From: Deltaproteobacteria bacterium
GTDB lineage: Bacteria > Myxococcota_A > Polyangia > Fen-1088
DNA: 64,000 nucleotides
Direction: 5' to 3'
Assembly: GCA_033763315.1 (NCBI GenBank)
Contig: JANRKS010000001.1
Span: 247,587 to 311,586 of the forward strand
Of the stretch, positions 18,534 to 27,112 are shown piece after piece; the stretch's first letter is position 1, and each line of letters starts with the position of its first letter. Both the position numbers and the translations under genes were made by a program. Under the pieces are notes generated by a model. It was not told the DNA's origin. It ran no database searches and saw nothing but the letters and a program-made list of their open reading frames with translations.

Positions 18534-19928
18534 ATGTTATGCCAATCCACTGTGTCCCTCGCCCAACCCGCACAAGCTCACAAACCCCTGCGCTGGCCCG
18601 AAATGCTGGGCTACGCCTCGGGCGACTTCGGCTTTAGCTTTTATTGGAAGGTGTTCGAGTTCTACCTTCTGATCTTTTACACCGACACATTTGGGATATC
18701 TCCGGCCCAGGCGGGCACCATGTTTTTGGTGACGCGTGTGTTAGACGCCGCCATCGATCCGTTTATGGGCATGATTGCGGATCGCACGAAGACCCGGTGG
18801 GGCAAGTTCAGGCCTTATCTGCTGTGGTTCTCGTTGCCGCTGGCAGGCGCGGGCATCTTGACCTTCACCACGCCTGATCTGGATCATTCGGGCAAGCTGG
18901 CGTGGGCGTACGCGACGTACACGTTCATGATGTTGATGTACACGGCGGCCAACATCCCTTACGGCGCGATGCTGGGGGTGTTGACGCCGGATGTGCAAAA
19001 GCGAACGACGCTGGCAACATTCAAACTCGTGGGCGCCAACGCCGGTGGTACAGCGGTGACCTGGGCGACCTTGCCGCTCGTGAAGTGGCTGGGCAAAAGC
19101 AACGCCTCGACGGGCTGGCAAATCACAATGGCGATTTACGGCGTTGTGGCGCTTGTGATGTTGTTCATTGCCTTTTCGTCCACGCGCGAACGTGTGCGCC
19201 CACCGGTGGATCAGCAAACGTCTATGGGCCGCGACGTGGTTGATCTGCTGCGTAACGGTCCTTGGCTGACGTTGTTTGTGTTGGGGTTGATCGTCATCTT
19301 GACGATCGCCATTCGCAACGGTGCCGGCGCCTATTTCTTGAAGTACTACGCAGGACGTGAAGATCTGGTCAGTTGGTTCAACACCGTGTCGAGCATTGCG
19401 TATCTGCTGGGCGCCGCGTGCACCCCTTTGTTGACGCGATTCTTCAGTAAAAAAGCCTTGTTCACTATGTTGATGACGGTGGTGGCGGCGCTTTGTGGCG
19501 TGCTGTATCTGGTTCCGCCCAAGATGGTATGGCTGCTGTTCAGCGTGAACACTTGCATCTCGTTTGTGCTTGGCCCGAAGTCGCCTTTGTCATGGTCGAT
19601 GTTCGCTGACACCGCCGATTATGGCGAGTGGAAGAACAACCGGCGCGCCACTGCGTTGGTCTTTGCGGCCGCCACGTTCTCGATTAAGGCCGGCGCGGGC
19701 TTCGCCCAAGCGGTCACCGGTTGGCTGTTGTCCGCGTTTGGCTATGTGGCCAACCAGGTGCAAACGCCCGAGGCCATGCGTGGCATCTTGATGCTGGCCA
19801 CAGTGATTCCTGGCGGCTTCGCATTGCTGGCCGCTTTGGTGGTGCGTGTGTATTCGCTCGACAGCACGCGTTTGGCCAACATTCAAACCGAGCTGCAGGC
19901 ACGACGCGTGTCGCGCGGTGAGGCCTAG
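18534..19928 (+). CDS. GPH-family (MelB-like) MFS glycoside:cation symporter
   Basis: GYASGD, DAAIDPFMGMIADRTKTRWGKFRPY, NIPY, DTADYGEWK. Confidence 0.92.
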   Translation: MLCQSTVSLAQPAQAHKPLRWPEMLGYASGDFGFSFYWKVFEFYLLIFYTDTFGISPAQAGTMFLVTRVLDAAIDPFMGMIADRTKTRWGKFRPYLLWFSLPLAGAGILTFTTPDLDHSGKLAWAYATYTFMMLMYTAANIPYGAMLGVLTPDVQKRTTLATFKLVGANAGGTAVTWATLPLVKWLGKSNASTGWQITMAIYGVVALVMLFIAFSSTRERVRPPVDQQTSMGRDVVDLLRNGPWLTLFVLGLIVILTIAIRNGAGAYFLKYYAGREDLVSWFNTVSSIAYLLGAACTPLLTRFFSKKALFTMLMTVVAALCGVLYLVPPKMVWLLFSVNTCISFVLGPKSPLSWSMFADTADYGEWKNNRRATALVFAAATFSIKAGAGFAQAVTGWLLSAFGYVANQVQTPEAMRGILMLATVIPGGFALLAALVVRVYSLDSTRLANIQTELQARRVSRGEA

Positions 19929-19964
19929 AGCACGGCTGGCATTGCCCCGCTATAGTCCCGCCCG

Positions 19965-20369
19965 ATGAACGCAAAAGAGTTTGAGACGGCGCTCAACGAG
20001 TTGCGCGAACAACTTTTGGGGCCCGGCGGCAACCAAGCCAGCCTCAACTGTCGCGAATGCGAGAACTGCATCCGTTGTATGTTCTGCACAACCTGCGACG
20101 ATTGCTACCACTGCACCCACTGCACCCTGTGCCGTGGCTGCACCGAGTGCTCGCACTGTGAACGCAGCAGCGCATGCCATGGCTGCACGCACCTGACTGA
20201 CTGCGAGAGCTGCCACGGTTCGGCCTATCTTGTGGCGTGCGCCAATTGCAGCGATTGTACGTATTGCTTGGGCTGTGTGGGCTTACAAAACAAAGAGTTT
20301 CACATTCTCAATAAGCCATACTCGCGCAAAGAGTACTTCGAGACGCTGCGCTCGTTGTCGCTCGGATGA
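19965..20369 (+). CDS. Cys-rich CxxCxxC repeat protein
   Basis: 22 Cys in period-3 register ending in CLGCVGL..KEFHILN..YS..EY. Confidence 0.8.
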   Translation: MNAKEFETALNELREQLLGPGGNQASLNCRECENCIRCMFCTTCDDCYHCTHCTLCRGCTECSHCERSSACHGCTHLTDCESCHGSAYLVACANCSDCTYCLGCVGLQNKEFHILNKPYSRKEYFETLRSLSLG

Positions 20370-20494
20370 CACGCTGCGCATACTTGGGCCTTTGGCGCCC
20401 GCTTTTGCCCCCCAGGCCCACCCAATGGTAGATTTTCCGTCGTGAGATTTTCTGGAGCCGCTCGGCCTCCTGCAACCCCAGCTCTGAGGCGCCC

Positions 20495-21427
20495 ATGAGG
20501 GTGAGGTTTTGGGGCGTGCGGGGCTCGGTGCCGGTGCCAGGGGCGGCCACTGTCCGTTACGGCGGAAACACGTCCTGCGTGGAGGTGGAATCGGCGGCGG
20601 GGACCCGGGTGATCATCGACGCGGGCACGGGGTTGCGGCGGTTGGGCAAACAGTGGGCGAAGGGCGATTTCGCCGAAGGCAAAGGCCAAGCGCACATTCT
20701 CATCAGCCACACCCATTGGGATCACATCCAAGGCCTGCCGTTTTTCGCGCCGCTTTACCAGCCCGGCAACAAGCTGAAAATTTACGCGCGTGCGCGCGAC
20801 GATCTGCGGCTTCGCACCGTGCTGGCCGGTCAAACAGACGCGCCATTTTTCCCCGTGGGCATTGATGCCGTGCGGGCCGATCTAGATTTTGCGGAGCTGC
20901 CCGATGGCCATCGCTTTAACGTGGCCGAGATCAAAGTGAGCACCGCGCGCTTGAACCACCCCTACATCGCCACCGCGTACGCCTTGGAGTCAGCGGGCCG
21001 CAAGGTGGCTTATGTTTCGGATACGGCGCCGTTCGAGCAGATCTTGTTTGGTGAGGAGTTCATCGCGAAGCCGCCTGCACCGGGCACCGTGCTTTCACAC
21101 ACCGATCAAGTGAAGCTGGCGGCGATGCGCGACGACGTGGTTCGTCTTTGCGAGGGCGCCGACCTTGTGATTTACGACACCATGTTCACCGACGCTGATT
21201 ATCAGCGCGTGCCGCATTTCGGACACTCGCGCCCGCTTGATGCCATCACCGTGTGCAAACAAGCTGGCGTGCGACGTTTGGCGCTGTTTCACCACGCGCC
21301 CGAACGCAGCGATGATGATGTGGACAAGATGCGCGATGACGCGCGCCAAATGGCCGCCTCTGTGGCGCCTGGCTTAGAAGTGATCGCTGCGTTCGAGGGT
21401 TTGGATCTAGGTCTGGGGCTGGCTTAG
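20495..21427 (+). CDS. MBL-fold metallo-hydrolase (RNase Z/phosphodiesterase-like)
   Basis: FWGVRGS, YGGNTSC, DAGTG, SHTHWDH, NHP, SDT, GHS, FHH: complete ligand set. Confidence 0.9.
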   Translation: MRVRFWGVRGSVPVPGAATVRYGGNTSCVEVESAAGTRVIIDAGTGLRRLGKQWAKGDFAEGKGQAHILISHTHWDHIQGLPFFAPLYQPGNKLKIYARARDDLRLRTVLAGQTDAPFFPVGIDAVRADLDFAELPDGHRFNVAEIKVSTARLNHPYIATAYALESAGRKVAYVSDTAPFEQILFGEEFIAKPPAPGTVLSHTDQVKLAAMRDDVVRLCEGADLVIYDTMFTDADYQRVPHFGHSRPLDAITVCKQAGVRRLALFHHAPERSDDDVDKMRDDARQMAASVAPGLEVIAAFEGLDLGLGLA

Positions 21428-21581
21428 CCGCGCTTTGTGTACTGTTGTACAGGAGATCGATAGGCCTTTCGATGGGCTTACCGTGATCTGAAACATGCGT
21501 TTGAGGCCGAAGCGTAAAAGGTGGGTGAGGGTTGCGGCAAGGTGATGCACGGGGCGCGAACTTTGTTCACTCTTTGCGCCC

Positions 21582-24254
21582 ATGCCGTTGCTTTCATCTT
21601 TGCGATTGCCTTGCACGTTTTGCCTAGCCCTCACTGCGTCTTTTGTGGCCTGCACCGCCGCGCCACTGCCGCCGCCGTCGCTGGCTCCCGTTCGCTTGCA
21701 GATGACCTTGTCGACGCCCGCCGCGCAACCGCTTGATGTGGTGGTTGCCAAGCTTGGGGCGTCGCCCTCGCCGGGGGCCGTTTTGCAGGTGCGCGATGGT
21801 GCTGGACGCGTTTACGCGCAGCTGCCGATCGCAAGTGGTGATGCTTCCTTTGCCGTGGCGGGTGCGCTGGGCATTCACCAGCTGACTGTGCTTGATGACG
21901 AGGGGCGCTTGTTGGCTGAGGCCATCTTGCCCGTGGATTGCACCACGGGACTGCAAGGCGAGCAACACGCAAACAACGAAGGACAACCTTACACGCAGTT
22001 GTTGGCGGCGCTTTACAACACCATGAGCCGCACGGGCACCACGATGATGAATGGCAAAGCTCATCATGTGTTTGTGCCGTGGATTCGCGACCACAACCAT
22101 GTGCTCAAGTCGATGAAGTACTTCTACGACGACGTGCTCACGGGCGTGGATCTATACCGCGACACACAGAAGCCCAATGGCATGATTTGGGACAACCATT
22201 CGCGTGCGCCCAAACTCAACCATTGGGACGAGCGCTTCGCCGAGTTCGGTTTTGTGGGCCGCTTCGACAACAACAACATGCAGTTCCGCCGCATCCCGGT
22301 GGAAGCGGACGTGGAATACCTCTATGTCGAGGCAATGTGGCACGCGTGGAAGGCCACGGGCGACGATGGTTGGCTGGCAAAGACGTTGCCAAGCGGCGAA
22401 CGCGCTTTGCAATATTCCCTTTCAGATCCGATGCGCTGGTCATCGTCCCTGCGATTGGTCAAGCGTGGCTACACCATCGACACGTGGGATTTTCAGAACG
22501 AAGAAGACGCACAACGCACGGGCGACCCGATGAAGATCGATCCCAACAAAACCCGCTTCGGCGTGATGTTTGGCGACAACACAGGCGTTTATCACAGCGC
22601 CTTGCTGCTGGCCGAGATGCTGGATCACGTGGGCCAAAAAGATCGCGCCGCGAAATGGCGTACGGACGCTGCAGCTTTGCGCCAGCGCTTGGATGCGTTG
22701 TCCTGGAACGGCAAGTTCTACACGCATCACGTGCCTGAAGAGGCATCGGTGCATCGCGATTTGGGCGTGGATGAAAAAACACAAGTGTCGCTTTCGAACG
22801 CCTATTCGCTCAATCGCGGCATCGAGCTTGAGAAACGTCAAGCCATCATCAAGACGTACCAAGACATCCGCGATCACTTGCCGCAAGGCTCGCCTGGCGA
22901 GTGGTACACCATTTACCCCACGTTCAAGAAGGGCTATGGCGGCCACAACGACGAATGGCAATACATGAACGGTGGCGTGGTGAGCATCGTGGCCGGCGAG
23001 TTGGCGCACGGAGCCTTTGAGGCGGGATTCGAGGATTATGGCGCCGACATTCTCACGCGCGTGTTGGCGCTGACGAAGAAGTACGGTGGGCGTTTGCCCG
23101 TCACACTCAAGGGGGCCAATCCGCCTCAAGGCAAACCGCAGTTTGTGCCGGTGTCTTTGGCCGCGAAAGCAAACATCGCGCTGACGGTAGACGCCGCCAA
23201 CGCTCATGGCGGCAAAGCAAAACCATTTGCCTGGATCGGTGAAGAGGGCAACGATTTGCCCGGTTTTCCGCGCGGCCAACAAGACTTCAAAGGCGTGCCT
23301 TTCGACGTGTTGGCTGACGACGCCAACCGTGCGCGTGTGGCCATCGGATTGTCGAAGGCTGCGGGGCGGCCTCCCAAGGGTATGGTTGTGCCGAAACCTT
23401 ACGCAGAAGAGGCGACGCTCAAGGTGGCCGGTAAGGCCGCCACTGTGTTCCTGTTGCACGCTGTTTCGAACGCCGCGGACGTGGCGGGCCTGGTGGAGCT
23501 GCAATACAAGGACGGCGGCAGCAGCATTGCCTCTGTGAAAGTGGGAAGCGATGTTTTTGGATGGTGGTATCCAGAGCCCGCCGCCCCGGCGCGCGAGGGT
23601 GAGGGACGCGGCGGTGCGACGCGCGCGCTGGTGGCGTGGGAAGGCAAGAACGCGCGCGCCCTACGCGTGGGCGTGAGCCTGCTTGGCGTGCGCAACCCTC
23701 ACCCCGAGCGTGAGCTCAGCGGCATCAAATTCACAGCGGCTCCCAATGGTTCGCGTTGGATGATCTTGGGCGTGACGTTGTCGGATCAAGTGGCCGCCTT
23801 CGGCGACACCAGCGTTTCGTTTGGCATTCCCGACAATTGGGGCGCGGCCGCGGTGGCGTATGCGTTGCTTGAAGGGCTGGCGGGCGTCAAAGACACCAGC
23901 ACAAAGATGCAAACCGTGGCGTTGGCGCCCCGTTGGGCAGCCACGCCCGTGACCGCGATGACCAGCACTGTGAAGTACCCCGCGTCGCAGGGCTACGTGA
24001 AGTATCAATTCAAGAGCGACGGGCAAACCATTCGCTTGGCGATCACGGGCAGTGGCCGCCAGGCCGACGTGGCGCTGTATCTGCCGCCCGGCAAGACCGC
24101 GGCAAAGGTCGTCCGTCGTTCATCCGACGGCAAGCCGCAAGACCTTGCTTTCACCACGAGCACCATCGGCAAATCAAGCTACGCGAAGTTCGGCGTGCCG
24201 CTGAACGCGAGCGAGGGCGTCGAACAGATCGAAGTGTATTTGGCGCAACCTTGA
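21582..24254 (+). CDS. Lipoprotein with probable (alpha/alpha)6 glycoside hydrolase-like domain and inserted beta-sandwich
   Basis: Lipobox FVAC; WIRDH, EADVEY, TIDTWDF, GDN, YMNGG, ALLEGLAGV, LAPRW; C-terminal beta domain. Family not assignable by eye. Confidence 0.65.
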   Translation: MPLLSSLRLPCTFCLALTASFVACTAAPLPPPSLAPVRLQMTLSTPAAQPLDVVVAKLGASPSPGAVLQVRDGAGRVYAQLPIASGDASFAVAGALGIHQLTVLDDEGRLLAEAILPVDCTTGLQGEQHANNEGQPYTQLLAALYNTMSRTGTTMMNGKAHHVFVPWIRDHNHVLKSMKYFYDDVLTGVDLYRDTQKPNGMIWDNHSRAPKLNHWDERFAEFGFVGRFDNNNMQFRRIPVEADVEYLYVEAMWHAWKATGDDGWLAKTLPSGERALQYSLSDPMRWSSSLRLVKRGYTIDTWDFQNEEDAQRTGDPMKIDPNKTRFGVMFGDNTGVYHSALLLAEMLDHVGQKDRAAKWRTDAAALRQRLDALSWNGKFYTHHVPEEASVHRDLGVDEKTQVSLSNAYSLNRGIELEKRQAIIKTYQDIRDHLPQGSPGEWYTIYPTFKKGYGGHNDEWQYMNGGVVSIVAGELAHGAFEAGFEDYGADILTRVLALTKKYGGRLPVTLKGANPPQGKPQFVPVSLAAKANIALTVDAANAHGGKAKPFAWIGEEGNDLPGFPRGQQDFKGVPFDVLADDANRARVAIGLSKAAGRPPKGMVVPKPYAEEATLKVAGKAATVFLLHAVSNAADVAGLVELQYKDGGSSIASVKVGSDVFGWWYPEPAAPAREGEGRGGATRALVAWEGKNARALRVGVSLLGVRNPHPERELSGIKFTAAPNGSRWMILGVTLSDQVAAFGDTSVSFGIPDNWGAAAVAYALLEGLAGVKDTSTKMQTVALAPRWAATPVTAMTSTVKYPASQGYVKYQFKSDGQTIRLAITGSGRQADVALYLPPGKTAAKVVRRSSDGKPQDLAFTTSTIGKSSYAKFGVPLNASEGVEQIEVYLAQP

Positions 24255-24382
24255 GCAAAGCAGCTAAATGGAGACATGGCACCCGCGCCTTGACCTGCAC
24301 ACCGTGAAGGCTGGGGCAAACTTGCGGGCCAAGCTCGATCATAGGTTTGGGACACGCCGCCGGGTGCGATACAATAGGGGGC

Positions 24383-25222
24383 ATGGAGGTCACCTTTTGG
24401 GGCGTGCGCGGGTCGATACCGGCGCCGGGCCCCGGCACGGTTCGGTACGGCGGCAACACCGCGTGTGTTTCTGTGCGGCTGCAAAACGGCGAACTGGTGA
24501 TCTTGGATCTGGGCACCGGCGCGCGCAGCCTGGGAACCACGCTGATGGAAGGGCCGTTCGGCAAAGGACAGGGACGTGCCACGGTGTTGTTGTCGCTGTC
24601 GCAGTGGGATCACATTCAAGGGTTTCCGTTCTTCATGCCGCTCTATGTGCCCGGCAACGAGTTCACGGTTTACGGTGGCACGAACCACACCAACGAGCTT
24701 GAAGACATCCTGGAGCGGCAGATGGCCGCGCAGTATTTCCCTGTGCAGACCTACAAGAACATGGCTGCGCGCATTTCGCTGCAGGCCTTGCCCGCGGGCA
24801 ACACCTTCAAGGTGGGTGACGCCACCGTGCGCGCCGTGCGACAAGATCAAGGCCCACTCGGGGCCACGATCTATCGCATTGATGACGGCGGCCACAGCTT
24901 CGCGTACGCTGGCCACGGCACGTGCCGCGACGGCGACGCGCGCACCGAACTTTTGCGCGACGTGGATTTGATGGTGCATGAATGCTCGTATAGCCATGGC
25001 GATTGGGAGCGGTATGCGGATCGCGGTTTGTCGTCGGTGGATCAAGCGGTGGCGTGTGCCATGAGCGTGCACGCAAAGCGCTTGGCGCTGTTCCACTATG
25101 ACCAGGACTACACCGACGCGGAAGTGGACGCGTTGTTGGCACGTGGGCAACGTTTGGCGCAAGAGCAAGGCAGCTCCACCCAGGTGGTGGCGGCCACAGA
25201 GCGCCAGACGTTGACGGTGTAG
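24383..25222 (+). CDS. MBL-fold protein with degenerate metal ligands (pseudo-hydrolase)
   Basis: Paralog of 20495-21427 (FWGVRGS, YGGNT.C, DLGTG) but SLSQWDH replaces SHTHWDH, and other His/Asp ligands are lost. Confidence 0.8.
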   Translation: MEVTFWGVRGSIPAPGPGTVRYGGNTACVSVRLQNGELVILDLGTGARSLGTTLMEGPFGKGQGRATVLLSLSQWDHIQGFPFFMPLYVPGNEFTVYGGTNHTNELEDILERQMAAQYFPVQTYKNMAARISLQALPAGNTFKVGDATVRAVRQDQGPLGATIYRIDDGGHSFAYAGHGTCRDGDARTELLRDVDLMVHECSYSHGDWERYADRGLSSVDQAVACAMSVHAKRLALFHYDQDYTDAEVDALLARGQRLAQEQGSSTQVVAATERQTLTV

Positions 25223-25236
25223 CTTGAACCAGCGCC

Positions 25237-26190
25237 TTACGACGCTTGCAGGTAGCCGCGATCGAGCAGGCTCTTGAGCGCTTCGCCTGTTTCGAGATCG
25301 GGCATTTTAGATCGATCGAACAGGCTTTGCAGCGTGCCGCCGGCCAAGGCGAGTTGAATTATGTCCAGCTCATCTGGCTTGAGATCACGCAGCTTGGCTT
25401 CCAACGGCCGCGCCAAGGCGATGACGGCCGAAGGCGCGGGCAGCTTTTCGCTGACCACCTTCAACTCATCCATCTGCCGCATGCCTTCCATGAGCAAGGC
25501 TTCCGTGGATTCTTGAATCTCTTCAAGCACGGTGCGGTCATCTGGCGGTTCAAGCTCGAAGAAACCCGTGGTCCACGAGAGCATGCGGTACATGGCTTTG
25601 CGTGGGCTCACGTCGAAGCCTTCGTCGATGCTGGCGAAATAGATTTGGCCGGTGCGAAAGTAGATGCGACCCGTGCCGAGATCCGAACGCAACACCAACA
25701 AGCCGGACTTGCGGCTGGTGGAAAGCAACTGAATGAGATCAGGCAGCGGAATCTCTTCGATGCTGCCCGACATCGTGCGCGAAGGTGGCCGGCGCGTGGC
25801 CTCCACCTGCATCTTTGAGCGGGCTTCGTTCTCAGAAATGTTGGCGGCGGCCAATTCACCCGAAAGGCCGACCAGCTTAATGATCGACGTGCCGATCAAG
25901 ATCCGATCACCGTCTTTGAGCTCAACGCTGCGAATCTTTTCGCCGTTCACGAACGTTCCGTTTGTGGAACCGAGATCGGCGATCGTGATGCTTTTTTCGT
26001 TTGTGGTGATCTTGGCGTGCTTGCGCGACACCATGTCTTCCACGAGCACCATGTCCAAATCAGACGAGCGGCCGATAATGATTTCCCGGTTGGGGCGAAG
26101 TGGAAACTCGCCGCCTTGGTACTTGCCGGAAATGAACCGCAACGCCCAAAGCGCTGTGTCCGTTGCCCCACTGTTGTCGTTGTCTTGCAC
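25237..26190 (-). CDS. FHA domain + DUF4388 protein
   Basis: IGRS...VSRKHA...DLGSTNGT (FHA); SGSIEEIPLPDLIQLL...KSG.L, W..G.F, LLMEGMR..DE (DUF4388). Confidence 0.88.
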   Translation of the reverse strand: MQDNDNSGATDTALWALRFISGKYQGGEFPLRPNREIIIGRSSDLDMVLVEDMVSRKHAKITTNEKSITIADLGSTNGTFVNGEKIRSVELKDGDRILIGTSIIKLVGLSGELAAANISENEARSKMQVEATRRPPSRTMSGSIEEIPLPDLIQLLSTSRKSGLLVLRSDLGTGRIYFRTGQIYFASIDEGFDVSPRKAMYRMLSWTTGFFELEPPDDRTVLEEIQESTEALLMEGMRQMDELKVVSEKLPAPSAVIALARPLEAKLRDLKPDELDIIQLALAGGTLQSLFDRSKMPDLETGEALKSLLDRGYLQAS

Positions 26191-26276
26191 GCGCGTGATT
26201 CGGCTTTAAGTCTGGCCAGTTAAGAGACTCACCGTCATGGTAAGGCCGCTTGCACACCCCGTCAACTGAACGCACA

Positions 26277-27077
26277 TTAAGGCACGCTGGATGACGGTGG
26301 GTTTGGCGCCGACGGCACGGATTGGCCCCGCAGCAGGCGATCGAGGGCATCCGCGACCGGCTCCTCCACCAGCAGACCTGAATGGGTCGTTGGCAGCGTT
26401 ACGTGGCGCGCCCCCTGAAGGATGGTGGTGCGCATGGGTGCGAAGAAGTCGCGATCGCCTGAGATTGTGACCAGATCCACGCCGGCGGGCAAAGGGGCTT
26501 CCTGCAACTCGCGCAGAAAGCTGCTTCCTGGCAGCAGCTGCCGGCTGGCGGCGCCCAACGGCACCGTGACGAGGCCAAAGACGGCGGACCACGTGCCCGC
26601 GGCGGGGGAGCCCAACAGGATCAGGCGGCGCACGCGGTGGCGCCCGCCCAAACGTTTGAGGTAGTAAAGCCCCACCAAACCGCCCATTGAATGCCCCACG
26701 ATGTCCACCTGGGACACGCCCGTTTGCTGCACAAGCGACTCCACTTTGCGGGCCACGAGACCGGCGGTGTCGCGGATGTCGTGCAGGTTCATGCCGCCGC
26801 CCAGCTTATAGGTCATCACCACGTGGCCGCGCTCGTGCAAGCGCCGGGCGAGCAGGTGCACCGAGCCTCGGTTGGCCAAATACCCCTGCAGCAACAGCAC
26901 TGGGGCTGGGGGCGTGAGGGGGTCAGCGGGCGCGGGAACGGGGCTGACGACGCTGGCGGCGTGGGGCCCGCGGTTGCCCCGCATCAGCTGACGGACGTAA
27001 ACCGCAGCTTGGCTGGTGTCGCTGACTTGTTGCTCGATAGTCCGCGCGGCGTCGCGGAGGCGGTCCAGAAACCCCAT
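26277..27077 (-). CDS. Alpha/beta hydrolase (lipase/esterase)
   Basis: PVLLLQG, VDIVGHSMGG, LGSP..GT, D and H of the catalytic triad. Confidence 0.88.
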   Translation of the reverse strand: MGFLDRLRDAARTIEQQVSDTSQAAVYVRQLMRGNRGPHAASVVSPVPAPADPLTPPAPVLLLQGYLANRGSVHLLARRLHERGHVVMTYKLGGGMNLHDIRDTAGLVARKVESLVQQTGVSQVDIVGHSMGGLVGLYYLKRLGGRHRVRRLILLGSPAAGTWSAVFGLVTVPLGAASRQLLPGSSFLRELQEAPLPAGVDLVTISGDRDFFAPMRTTILQGARHVTLPTTHSGLLVEEPVADALDRLLRGQSVPSAPNPPSSSVP

Positions 27078-27112
27078 CTATCTGTCGATGGTAGCACCCC
27101 GTGGACGCTTCC

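Noticed and set aside
19965-20369. Multiheme cytochrome or RiPP precursor
   Set aside because: No export signal, the CxxCH matches arise by chance in a Cxx repeat, and no radical SAM or other maturase gene is nearby.
21438-21451. TGTAC-N4-GTACA palindrome upstream of the glycosidase-like gene
   Set aside because: Single short occurrence with no cognate regulator evident; could be chance.
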